Source of the DNA: Nitrospirota bacterium
GTDB lineage: Bacteria; Nitrospirota; UBA9217
Direction of reading: 5' to 3'
Assembly: GCA_963740085.1 (NCBI GenBank)
Contig: CAVUCU010000001.1
Location: 1,024,001 to 1,088,000 of the forward strand
DNA length: 64,000 nt
The notes under the pieces are model-generated. The model was not told the DNA's origin. It did not search any database and was given only the letters and a program-made list of their open reading frames with translations. The translations under genes were made by a program, and so were the position numbers. Shown here piece by piece: positions 41,124-51,300 of the stretch. Position 1 is the first letter of the stretch. Each line of letters starts with the position of its first letter.

Positions 41124-41603
41124 CTACTCAACAATGGTGATCGCCACGCCGCTCCCCTGGGACACGATCTTGCCCGTGATGCTTCCGATGAGCGGGTTTT
41201 TACCCGCGGCGATGCCGCGACGGCCCACCACGATCGTCTGATAGCCGCCATCCTTTGCTTCTTCAAGAATACTCTCGGCCACATCCGTGGAATCGGAGAG
41301 AGACTTTGTCGCTATCTGTCCGGCACTGATGCCTTTGCCGGTCAGCGCATCAACGGCCTTCTTGAACACCGGCTCCATCCTGGCCTTCCGGTCGGCGATC
41401 CACTTGTCAACCACCTTCTTCCGGTCCTGCTTCTCTTCCGTGGACAGGATGTGGCCTTCGTCCCAGAATATGGCCGGCAGGTTCGGCAGCACATGCACAA
41501 GCTCGATTTCGAGTTCGCCGGTCCCGGCGAACTGCTGTGCCACGTACTCCACGGCCCTGGATGCGTTCGGTGAATCGTCGATCGCGATAAGCATTTTCTT
41601 CAT
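41124..41603 (-). CDS. Universal stress protein
   Basis: 'LIAIDDS', 'IVVGRRG', 'IGSI'. Confidence 0.9.
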   Translation of the reverse strand: MKKMLIAIDDSPNASRAVEYVAQQFAGTGELEIELVHVLPNLPAIFWDEGHILSTEEKQDRKKVVDKWIADRKARMEPVFKKAVDALTGKGISAGQIATKSLSDSTDVAESILEEAKDGGYQTIVVGRRGIAAGKNPLIGSITGKIVSQGSGVAITIVE

Positions 41604-41746
41604 GGTCTGTCCTCCCCAAAAAATATCCGCTTCAATTTATATATAGCACACTTTTCAACGATTTGGATTCTCTTTTTCATCCCCGAGAGAGAGCAAAGGA
41701 AAAGGGGATGATCAGCTCATCATCCCCTTTGATTCGCTGGAAACGC

Positions 41747-42862
41747 TTACCGTGTCTTCACCGGTTCGTAGGTGCAGAATGGCTCGGCAGCGAGGTAGTC
41801 GCCGGATATGGCGAAGGCACGGGCCCTGCAGCCCCCGCAGACCCTGCGATATTCGCAGATGCCGCACTTGCCGTGGTAGTGGTCGAGATCGCGCATCTCT
41901 TTAAAGAGCTGCGAGTTGTTCCAAATTTTCGAAAAGGGCTCTTTCCTGATGTCGCCGGCTTCCTCTTCGAGGAAGCCGCAGATCTGGACCTTGCCCATAT
42001 GCGATACGAAAGCAAAACTCTGGCCGCCCATGCAGCCCTTCGTCATGGCATCGAAGCCATGGGACTCGGGCGTGACGATCTTGCCCTTTTCCTTCTCACC
42101 CTGCCGGAAGATACGGTAATAGTGCGGTGCGCAGGTGGGCTTGAACTGGATCGGCACTTTGTCCCGCATCTCGTAGAACCATTTGAGTGTGCTCTCGTAT
42201 TCTGCAGGCGGGATCTCCTGGTCGACGAGTTCCTTGCCGCGACCCGTGGGGACGAGCAGGAACGGATGATAGGCAACAGCGCCCAGTCCGATCACCATCT
42301 CAAGGAGCTTCGGCAGATCCTTCACATTATGCTTCGTGATCGTCGTGTTCACCTGAAATTCCATGCCGACCTTCTTAAAGTTCTCAATGGCCTTCATCAC
42401 GCCTTCGAAGGCGCCTTCAACGCGCCGGAAGGCATTATGGCTCTTTGCGTCCAGGCCGTCGATCGAGAGCGACACGCGCATGATGCCCGAATCCTTCATC
42501 TTCTGCGCCAGTTCCTCGGTCACGAGCAGGCCGCAGGGCGCCATGACCATGCGCAGACCGAGCTTCGTACCGTGCCTGGCGATGTCATAGATGTCGGGAC
42601 GCATCATCGGCTCGCCGCCGGTCAGGATGATGATCGGGTCACTGAAGGACTTGACGTCGTCCAGGAACCGATAGCACTCCTCCGTGTTCAGCTCGCCCGG
42701 GTACGGGCCGTACCGCGCCGCGGCGCGGCAGTGGACGCAGTTCAGGACGCAACTGCGGGTCACCTCCCAGGCGATCAGCCGGGGGAGGTATATCTTTTCT
42801 TTTCCTTCGCCCCCGGGATGGCCGTGGCCATGGGGCGCTTTCTCTGTATGGGGATGAGACAT
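41747..42862 (-). CDS. ahbD: Radical SAM/SPASM heme b synthase (alternative heme pathway)
   Basis: 'RLIAWEVTRSCVLNCVHCRA', 'FLLVPTGRG', 'KPTCAPHYYR', SPASM 'GC.GG..C..GKCG.CEY..VCGGCRARA'. Confidence 0.85.
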   Translation of the reverse strand: MSHPHTEKAPHGHGHPGGEGKEKIYLPRLIAWEVTRSCVLNCVHCRAAARYGPYPGELNTEECYRFLDDVKSFSDPIIILTGGEPMMRPDIYDIARHGTKLGLRMVMAPCGLLVTEELAQKMKDSGIMRVSLSIDGLDAKSHNAFRRVEGAFEGVMKAIENFKKVGMEFQVNTTITKHNVKDLPKLLEMVIGLGAVAYHPFLLVPTGRGKELVDQEIPPAEYESTLKWFYEMRDKVPIQFKPTCAPHYYRIFRQGEKEKGKIVTPESHGFDAMTKGCMGGQSFAFVSHMGKVQICGFLEEEAGDIRKEPFSKIWNNSQLFKEMRDLDHYHGKCGICEYRRVCGGCRARAFAISGDYLAAEPFCTYEPVKTR

Positions 42863-43125
42863 GTAGACTCCTTGCAAAGTAAGCCAACGTTCAAGATCCA
42901 AATATATTTGAATTTTCTCTGAACGCTGAACTTTGCCCTTTTGAATTGTTATTGCACTGACACTGTGTATATTAGCCAATCAGGAGGGAATAGTCAACTG
43001 CGTTAGAGAAACAATATCTCCCGCCCTGCGCCCGGCCGCGACCCACACGTGCGATGTCTGTCGTGCCGAAGGCGCGGCGGCTTTCCTCAACGGTCTGAAG
43101 GCCCAATACAGGTGCAGGTGCAGAT

Positions 43126-43500
43126 TCAGACACAGACCCGGTTCCTCCCCTGTTCTTTCGCCCTGTAAAGCGCCGAATCGGCACAACGGATGAGCCCTTC
43201 GCTCCAGGCCGCTCCGTACCGGTGGCAAGCAGGCAGAACTCCTCGCCTCCATACCTCACTATCAGGTCCGTCTCCCGGAGTCTTTCATTGATGAGCGTCG
43301 CCACGCCGGCAAGGACCGTGCCGCCCGCCTGGTGGCCGTACGTATCGTTTACCTTCTTGAAAAAGTCGATATCGATCATGAGGAGCGAGACCGGCGGACC
43401 ATAGCGGCACACACGCTTCACCTCCTGCCTCAGGCGCTCCATGAAGTAGCGTCGATTGTATATCTTCGTGAGCGGGTCGGCGATCGCGCTCGGCAACCAG
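43126..43500 (-). pseudogene. Diguanylate cyclase remnant with internal deletion
   Basis: 'DPLT..YNRR', 'DID.FK.VNDTYGH', 'RYGGEEF', then abrupt jump to the domain end 'EGLIRCADSALYRAKEQGRNRV' in another frame; no intact N-terminus. Confidence 0.85.
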
Positions 43501-43703
43501 GCGCATTCCGACTTTAAGAAGGATGGAAAGGTGTTCGGGTTCGATGCTCTGGATAGCACAGGTCATATTGAACGCACTACCGGTGAAACGCTCAATCCTC
43601 GACAAATCTAAGATCTCGCGGACAATGGGCAAAACGTTCCGTCATTTGAATTGAGCACGTATTGCGTGATTGCGGATCTGGTATTTCGAGCCGGGCATCT
43701 GCA

Positions 43704-44561
43704 TCATAGTGAGTTTATCCCCAGATATCTCCTCGGGTTGTCCGCCGCGAACTGGATTGCACGCTCCAGAGGCACTCCGAGCGCGACGAGGTTCTTCACC
43801 GCTTCCGCAAGCGCAATACCGCTCCCCATGAGAACGCCGCCCACGCCCCTGACAGGGCCGCTTCCCCAGTTCGGCCCTTTGACCGAATCCGAGACGACGA
43901 TGATCTTGTCGGGCGATTTCATATCGAAAAGCATTTTGAGGCTCTGCGGGTGCAGGTGTGCCATGTCCGCGATGACCTCAACGTAGACGTCCTCATCCAT
44001 GAGCCCGAACCCGGCAAGCCCGGGCTCGCGGTGGTGAAATCCGCGCATGGAGTTGAATACATGGGTGATGCCGGTGGCGCCGGCGCGCTTGCCCTCCTCG
44101 GCCTGTTCGAACGATGCATCGCTGTGGCCCATGTGCACGAGAAAACCCTTTTCGCGGCAAAGCTCGATCACGCGGAGGGCGCCCGGCAGTTCCGGGGCAA
44201 TAGTAATGATCTTGATGAGATTCTCGAAATCCTCAACGAGCTGAGACAGCATTTCCACCGAGGGATCAACGAAGCTCTTCCCGTCGAGCGAACCCGCCCG
44301 CTCGGGATTGAGAAATGGCCCTTCGACGTGTACGCCGAGGATCCTCGCGCCATCGCGCTGCGCGTCCCTGGCGTGCTGCACTGCGGCCATGTTCTCACGC
44401 ATGGTCTCGATGGAACCGGGATAGATGGTGGGAAGGACCGCCGACGTTCCCCGATCACCGTGAATGCCGGCCATATGGAGAATATCGTCCTGCCGCCGCG
44501 TGCGGGTGTCGTAATCACCCGCGCCGTGTACATGGATGTCGATCAGGTATGGTTTGTTCAT
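43704..44561 (-). CDS. nagA: N-acetylglucosamine-6-phosphate deacetylase (compact)
   Basis: 'DIHVHG', 'HVEGPF', 'TIAPE', 'GHS', 'THVFNSM', 'D..H', 'VSD'. Confidence 0.85.
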   Translation of the reverse strand: MNKPYLIDIHVHGAGDYDTRTRRQDDILHMAGIHGDRGTSAVLPTIYPGSIETMRENMAAVQHARDAQRDGARILGVHVEGPFLNPERAGSLDGKSFVDPSVEMLSQLVEDFENLIKIITIAPELPGALRVIELCREKGFLVHMGHSDASFEQAEEGKRAGATGITHVFNSMRGFHHREPGLAGFGLMDEDVYVEVIADMAHLHPQSLKMLFDMKSPDKIIVVSDSVKGPNWGSGPVRGVGGVLMGSGIALAEAVKNLVALGVPLERAIQFAADNPRRYLGINSL

Positions 44562-44676
44562 GACTGAATAGGCCAAGTGTACCTCAAGTGATAATGCAAA
44601 ATGCAAAAGGTAAAAGGCAAAAAGCAAAAACCGGCATCTTCATTTTGAACTTTGCACTTTGAATTTTACCCTGCTT

Positions 44677-44919
44677 CTACGTGATCTTCCCGCGCCGCGA
44701 GAAAAACTCGCTCAGGGCGAGCCGCACCACAGCCCCGCGGTCCCAGGGTTGTTTCAGCTCTTTCGTGAGCTCTGCGGCCACCTCATCCAGCGCCGGAATG
44801 TGTTCATCCTCAAGCTGGATCGTCACGTCGACCAGACCGTGTTCGTGCTCCTCGTGGTCGGCATGACCGTGTCCGCTCTGTGCATCGTGTTCGTGCGTAT
44901 GATCGTGTTTAGGGTCCAT
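44677..44919 (-). CDS. His-rich small protein with ribbon-helix-helix-like C-terminus
   Basis: GGAGAGG SD; HDHTHEH..HGH..HEEHEH then 'VTIQLEDEHIPALDEVA...RGAVVRLALSEFF'. Confidence 0.7.
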   Translation of the reverse strand: MDPKHDHTHEHDAQSGHGHADHEEHEHGLVDVTIQLEDEHIPALDEVAAELTKELKQPWDRGAVVRLALSEFFSRRGKIT

Positions 44920-44940
44920 AATAAACCTCTCCAAACTGAC

Positions 44941-45867
44941 CTAATAAAGCAACTTCATCATCACCGGCATCGTGAAGAACAATGCAACCGTGGAAACCGT
45001 AATACACGCCGCTGAAAGCGGCACATCAAGGTCGAACTCGTCGGCGATCACGAGTGAAAGCACCATCACCGGCATCGCGCCCTCAATCGTGGTCGCTTTG
45101 AGTACGTCGGCACTTATCCCGAGCCGCGAGCCGATCCACCAGGCCAGGACCGGGGCAAGCATTAATTTGATCGCGAGCGCCGGCACCGCGATCGAAAGCC
45201 GTTTTACGTCGCGGAAATCGAGTGCCAGGCCCACGGTAAAGATCATGATCGGGACCACCGCCTTGCCCATGAGCCCGACGGCATCCAGCACCGGCAGCGG
45301 CACCGCAATCCCGAAAAGACGGACAGCAATGCCGGCAGCCACTCCCCAGAGCGGCGGAAGCAAGAACACGCGTTTGAGCGACGCGCCGACCGAAACGGAC
45401 TTTCCGCTCCCATACCGGGCGGCGATGAAGACCCCGATCGTCAGCAGGATCGGTGTTGACGCGAGCAGGTCGTAGAGGACCGCCACATATCCGTATTGCG
45501 CGCCGAGCATCTCGGTGATGACCGGGAGCCCCAGATACATCACGTTGCCGAAGGCGCTGGATATGATCATGGCCCCGAAAGCGGGCCGCGGTATGTCGCT
45601 GAACCACGGCAGAAGCCGATAGGCCGCAAATCCGGCCCCGATGGACGCAATGACGACGACAGCCGCCGTCAGCGGTATGGAAATCAGACTCCGATCGACA
45701 GGGGCGCTCGACATCAAGCCGAAGGCCAGCGGAGGTATAAAGAAATTGAACACCGCCACGCTCAGCGCGTGACGCACCCGGTTTCGGTCAAGCCCTCCGG
45801 GGTTGAAGAACCTCCATGCGTATCCCGCCGCGATGATAAGTCCGAATGAGTACAGGACCTTGTTGAT
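44941..45867 (-). CDS. AEC (auxin efflux carrier) family transporter, probable ATC start
   Basis: 'FGN..YLGLP', 'PP.W', 'IKL...P', 'AMP'; reading frame extends 30 codons beyond the tracked GTG to ATC preceded by AAGGAG. Confidence 0.85.
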   Translation of the reverse strand: MNKVLYSFGLIIAAGYAWRFFNPGGLDRNRVRHALSVAVFNFFIPPLAFGLMSSAPVDRSLISIPLTAAVVVIASIGAGFAAYRLLPWFSDIPRPAFGAMIISSAFGNVMYLGLPVITEMLGAQYGYVAVLYDLLASTPILLTIGVFIAARYGSGKSVSVGASLKRVFLLPPLWGVAAGIAVRLFGIAVPLPVLDAVGLMGKAVVPIMIFTVGLALDFRDVKRLSIAVPALAIKLMLAPVLAWWIGSRLGISADVLKATTIEGAMPVMVLSLVIADEFDLDVPLSAACITVSTVALFFTMPVMMKLLY

Positions 45868-46100
45868 ACCGGCTCCTTATTGTTCATTATAGCAAGTCTT
45901 TACCGTGTCCGGGGAAATCACCGGAAACAACAGGAATATTTTACCTGCTTTTAAAAAAAGATACCAGTAAATGTTTTGTCTTCGGACTCCCTGAACCGTA
46001 CAGATGCCTTTGACAATCGTTCTCCTCTTGGCCTATAATGCCGGCATTGTGGAGGACCCATGGTCCCAGGGCATACAATTCAGGGTACGGAGGTCAACAA

Positions 46101-46346
46101 ATGTCTCAGATATGGATCGCAATAATCGCGGTGCTCATCATGGCAGGAGGATTGGGGGGCATCTATTATCTCATCATAAAACAGAACGCGGTGCTCGGGG
46201 CAAAGACCCTTCAGCTCGTTTCGATCGTGCTCGTGCTGCCCCTGATGCTTGCGCTCGGTGTAATGAACATTCTCCACAGTGAGACAATCGGCCCGCTAAT
46301 CGGCGTCATTATCGGATACGTGTTGTCCGGGTCGTATAAAGAGTAG
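46101..46346 (+). CDS. Small membrane protein (3 TM)
   Basis: GGAGG SD; TTGACA..TATAAT promoter upstream (~46010-46039); hydrophobic segments. Confidence 0.7.
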   Translation: MSQIWIAIIAVLIMAGGLGGIYYLIIKQNAVLGAKTLQLVSIVLVLPLMLALGVMNILHSETIGPLIGVIIGYVLSGSYKE

Positions 46347-46401
46347 GCGCTCACCAACGCATTTACAGCAAAAGCTTGTCGGCTTCCCGGTGAAGATTTC
46401 A

Positions 46402-47667
46402 TCACTGTTTCTCCATCCGGTCCTTCGGCAGGAACGGTATCGTCAGCATGCCGGGGACCGTCATCACGCACACGATAATGAAGAACGTCGTATATCCCAC
46501 GGACTGCTGCAGCCAGCCGCTCACGAACCCCGGCAGCATCATGCCGAGGGCCATGATGCCCGTGGATATGGCGTAGTGCGACGTCTTGTATCTTCCCTGC
46601 GCCGAGTACATGAGATAGACCGTGAACACCGTGAAACCCAGGCCATAGCCGAATTGCTCCAGCGCCACGAGCGGATAGACGAGACCGATGCCGGGCTGCG
46701 CATAGGCCATGTACACGAAGAACAGGTCCGGCAGATGCATGGTGATCACCATGGGCCAGACGCAGCGCTTGAACCCGAACCGTGAGATGAGCCAGCCTCC
46801 TAGTATCCCGCCGGTGACAAGGCACAGAACACCCACGGTGCCGTAGACAAGGCCGACCTCCTTGGTCGTGAGCCCGAGCCCGCCGACGTTTGACGTGTCC
46901 AGCAGGAATGGAGAAACCAGCTTCAGCAGCATGGCCTCGCCCAAACGGAAGAACAGGATGAACGCCAGCATGACGCCGATCTTCTCCTGCCGGAAATAAG
47001 CTCCAAATACCTCTCTGAATGACGCCTTCTGTTTCTTTTCTTTCCCCGAATGTCCGCCGTCAGCTACGGGGAACGGCAGCATAAATTTGTGATATACCGC
47101 CGCCCCTGCGAAGATCAACCCGGAAGCGACCATGACCGTTGACCAGCTGCGGGATATATCTCCGGTCGATGTTTCGAGCATGCCGGCGATATACACCAGA
47201 AATCCCGTGCCAAAGATCATCGCCAGCCGGTAAAATCCCGCGCGCAGTCCCACGAACAACGCCTGCTCCTTTTCCGTGAGCGCGAGCATGTAGAAACCGT
47301 CCGTGGCAATGTCATAGGTCGCAGAGATAAATGCGCCTGCGCCGAACGCGGCCAGGGACAGGAAAAAGAACGACTCGGTCCTGAGCGAGAAAGCGATGAC
47401 GAACAGGGAGATGCTCATTGCGGCCTGGGTGCCGAGGACCCACTTCCGCTTCGTTGAATACACATCAACGGCCGGTCCCCAGAACATCTTGATGACCCAG
47501 GGAAGATAGAGCCAGCTCGTCCAGAAGGCGATGGCCGCATTGTCAATGCCCATGCGCTTGTACAGGATGACCGAGACCGTATTGATCAGCACGTAGGGCA
47601 GACCTTCGGCAAAATAGAGCGTGGGAAGAAAGGACCAGGGGTTGCGGGCAACGGGTTGCTTTGTCAT
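46402..47667 (-). CDS. ampG: AmpG-like MFS muropeptide transporter
   Basis: 'LYFAEGLP', 'PW..K..W.P.VD', 'SAT.DIA.DG', 12-TM pattern. Confidence 0.82.
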   Translation of the reverse strand: MTKQPVARNPWSFLPTLYFAEGLPYVLINTVSVILYKRMGIDNAAIAFWTSWLYLPWVIKMFWGPAVDVYSTKRKWVLGTQAAMSISLFVIAFSLRTESFFFLSLAAFGAGAFISATYDIATDGFYMLALTEKEQALFVGLRAGFYRLAMIFGTGFLVYIAGMLETSTGDISRSWSTVMVASGLIFAGAAVYHKFMLPFPVADGGHSGKEKKQKASFREVFGAYFRQEKIGVMLAFILFFRLGEAMLLKLVSPFLLDTSNVGGLGLTTKEVGLVYGTVGVLCLVTGGILGGWLISRFGFKRCVWPMVITMHLPDLFFVYMAYAQPGIGLVYPLVALEQFGYGLGFTVFTVYLMYSAQGRYKTSHYAISTGIMALGMMLPGFVSGWLQQSVGYTTFFIIVCVMTVPGMLTIPFLPKDRMEKQ

Positions 47668-47921
47668 GGGCAAAAGGGTAGCAGATTGATGGAGAAACAT
47701 CCAGAGAAAAAAAGCCCTCTCCATAAAGAAGAGAGGGCTCTGCGCACACAACCACCCTTCAATGGAAAACAAAGGGGGTGCTTTATTGCGGGTTATTTTT
47801 ATTGTTGAATCTGATAACGGCTTCCTTCGCCTCCGGCGAGTCCATTTTGTTCAACACTCGCGCAGCATCGAGACGGACCACCTCATCCTCATCCGTCTCT
47901 CTTCCACCCGGTTTCGCGCGC

Positions 47922-48329
47922 TTACTTTTTCTCCGCCCTGACAAGATCAAGGGTCTTTTTCGCGTCGGGAATCAGAGCGCTGTCGGGATACTGCGTCAGG
48001 AACTTTTCCAGCCCCGTGATGGCGGCGGCCTGCTCACCCCTGGCAGCGAGGCCGAGGGAAGTCTTGAAATCCGTCATTTCTTCTTCCGATACCGGCTCGT
48101 CACTCTTCTCCCCTTTCCAGTAAAGCCTTACCGATGCTTCTTCCTTTGTCCCCCGTCTCTCCTCGCTGCGGCCGCTCAGGGGCACGATCTTCTTCGTCAC
48201 AATTTTGTCGATCTTCTTCCGGACCACCGTAAGCCAGTCCGTAAGAGATGAGCCCTTCTGTTCCTGGGCCGGAACCGCAGTGCAGCAGAGACCTGTTATG
48301 ACGATAAACGCAAACAGTTTATTGAACAT
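47922..48329 (-). CDS. Small exported TPR-like protein
   Basis: Signal peptide; 'LYWKG'; 'LEKFLTQYPDS.L..DA'; 3 nt downstream of the NHL gene. Confidence 0.7.
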   Translation of the reverse strand: MFNKLFAFIVITGLCCTAVPAQEQKGSSLTDWLTVVRKKIDKIVTKKIVPLSGRSEERRGTKEEASVRLYWKGEKSDEPVSEEEMTDFKTSLGLAARGEQAAAITGLEKFLTQYPDSALIPDAKKTLDLVRAEKK

Positions 48330-48332
48330 AGA

Positions 48333-51300
48333 TCACTTCACTCCCAGCCTCTCAGCAAGATCCGCATACCGCCGAATCACCCGCGGGTCGATCCCGGCCG
48401 CATCCAGGAACAATTTCTTTGCTTCCTCTTTTTTGCCTGCCTGCAGCGAAACACGGGCCAGGTTCACCATGACACCCGGTTCTCCGGGCGATGACCTGAG
48501 TGCCGCCTCGTAGGCCAGGCGCGCATCGCCAAGCCTGCCCTGCAGGTAGTTGATATTCCCGATATTGTTGAGCGCCAGGGCATTGGTCTTGTCCAATGCC
48601 AGCATCTTCTGGAACTGCTCAAGCGCCTCGGAAAAGAGACCGTCCTCTCCATAGAGAATTCCGAGCTGCCCCAGCATCGTGAGATCAGCCGGTGCCCTCT
48701 TGAGCGCGTCACGATACGCGGCGGACAGGAAAGCGAGGCGCCGGCTCGCAAGCGTTTCGAGTTCGTCCTTGAAGGTCGCTTCGATCTCGTTTCGCTTGAC
48801 CTTCACTCTCATCCCGGACCTGGGAAGCGTGACGGGCTTGAACTCATCCCAGCTCTTCTGAACATTGATGACGTTCACCTTGTTCCTGGCAGCCCAGTCG
48901 CGGTACTCCTCAGCGCCCTTTTGCCAGGCGCGGGTAAAGGACGTTCCCACCATGGTCATCTCCACCGGTATCCAGACCGTGCCGTGATAGGGCACAATGA
49001 GATCGTTCGGAATGCCGAGAGTAATCCTGTCCGGCACTTCGATCCCCGTGTTGAACAGGACGAACATATGGCCCGGCACGTTCACCAGCGCCGAGTCTAT
49101 CCCGATGTTCTCCATGCAGGCGGCGAAGAGGATCGATAACTCGTCACTGTCCCCGCTCTTTTTCATGAGAGTATCTCGTGGATACTGGAGATAAGTAACT
49201 TCGGCGGTGTTTGTGGAAAAATCCTTAAACGGGCTCGCGGGATTCACGATATACTTGAGCCCAAGAACGCCGAAGGCGTCGTAGATGCCCCTGGCATACA
49301 CGAGGATCTGCGGCAGATTGGGATGGGCGTCGGCGTACTGCTGGACAATCTGTCTGCTGAGGTCCGACACAACCGCGTCCGTGTGCGTTACGAAAGCGCC
49401 GAGCTTTGCCTTGTTGTCCCACCTCATGGCATGCCGCTCATAGAGTGTGAGCGGGAAACTCCGTGTCACGGTCCTCGGTTCACCCGCTGCAAAGAACGTG
49501 ACCGCGATCTCGCACGTGAGCTGCATATTCTCGGTGACCCCGAGGATTTTGCTGTTGAACAGGGGTTTGAGCGGGACTTCGACCTGTTGCTTTGCTGCGA
49601 TCTCAGGGACCTCGGTCTCGATCGGATAATCCATGAAATCCCTGGTCGAGAACCTCACCTTGACCTTCCGGTACGGAATATCAGTGGTATTCGCAATGAC
49701 GACCTTGCCGAGGGGATGGGAGGCATAAGTCTTATACGCAGACACGAAGACCTCGCCGGTCTCCACCCTGGCGATCTCGATGGGTTGAGCCGTCAGAGAC
49801 GCCCTGGGCATTGAGGCGACGACGACTTCACCCGGTTCACTCTCTTCTCCCTCGCTGCCCACGGCCGTTATCTGATAGTAATAGAGGGTGTCGTTTGCAA
49901 CCGGGCCGTCATCAAAGATCGTTTTTTCCGTTTTTGCCAGGAGCACATAGCCCGTTGATGCCTTTCTGGAACGGTACACCCGATAGTGTGTAACAAAGGA
50001 CTCAAGATTCGGCAGCCACGAGATCGTGATCTGCTTCCCCCAGGCGTCGCCCCTCACCCGCTTCGGCATAGCGGGGACCAGCTTCGGCGTGACCGCGGAA
50101 ACAGCGCCCGACAGTGCGCTTTCATTCCCCTCCCGGGCCTGGCTGCTCACGCGGTAGAGGAAGGTCCTGTTGCTCGGCAGGTTTTTGTCCAGATAGGACG
50201 TGGTGGTAGACGTGCCGATGAGCCTGAAGGCGTCCGTTGGTGAATCAGCCCGATAGATCTTATACTGATCCAGGTAGGTTTCGGTATTTGCCTTCCAACT
50301 CACCTGAACTTCATTTATTGTGGCCTGTGCCGTGACGTCCTTCGGCAATGCAGGCGTGTGTTTGAGGAGAAAGACCTGCACCCTTTTGTTTCCGCGGTCG
50401 CCAACATATAATCGAAGACCCTCTTCCAGTGCAAACCCCTGGGGCCGTCGGAACTGGCCGGCGTCGGAGCCTTCGCTTCCGAACTTTCTCAGGAATTTTC
50501 CGTTGGAGTCAAAAACCTGAACCCGTGAGTTCCCGGCATCGAGCACATACACCTCATTGTCCGGTGATACGACGATATTCTCCGGTTCCCGGAATTCACC
50601 TTCTTCTTTTCCGGTCTTCCCCGTTTCCCAGATAAGCCCCCCGTTGCTGTCGTATTTCGCGATCCGGTCATTCCCCCGGTCAGCAACGTACAGGTTCTCG
50701 AACGCGTCCGCCGCGATGTCGACGACCTCTCCGAACTGCCCGGATAATTTTCCCGCCTTCCCAAAAGCGCCGAGGAACATCCCCTTGGAGCTGAAAACCT
50801 GCACCCGCCTGTTCCCCGTATCGGCAACAGAGATGTTGCCCTTGGGACCCACGGCAACTCCCGAAGGTGAGCGGAACTCGCCTTCTCCGCTGCCGGATTT
50901 CCCGAACACCTGCAGAAGATTTCCTTCCCTGCTGAATTTCTCGAGCCGGTCATTGCCGGTATCGGCGACCCAGAAGTTTCCAAGGCCGTCCACGGCCAGG
51001 CCCCTCGAGTTCTTGAAAAATCCAGGGCGGCTCCCGCGCGAGCCGATGACGCGGTGGCTGCCTGAATCGCCGAGGACCATGAGAGAATCTCCCGAGATGC
51101 CCCAGGCGTTCTTATTGATCGAGAGAGCGGCCACCTCGCCCCGCATCTCCTTATAAAACTCCACGCCCGGCAAGGGAGACAATTTCGTGAGCGGAGGCGC
51201 ATCCCCGACTTCCGTTGAAAATACCTGGATCGTGTTCCTGGCCGCGTCAAGGACCCAGATATTGTTCTCTGAATCAGAGATCAGGCCCGTTAACTCGCGG

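Noticed and set aside
47783-47915. Minus-strand HEAT-repeat-like fragment (DEDEVVRLDAARVLNKMDSPEAKEAV)
   Set aside because: About 40 codons, no convincing start or SD; at most a remnant
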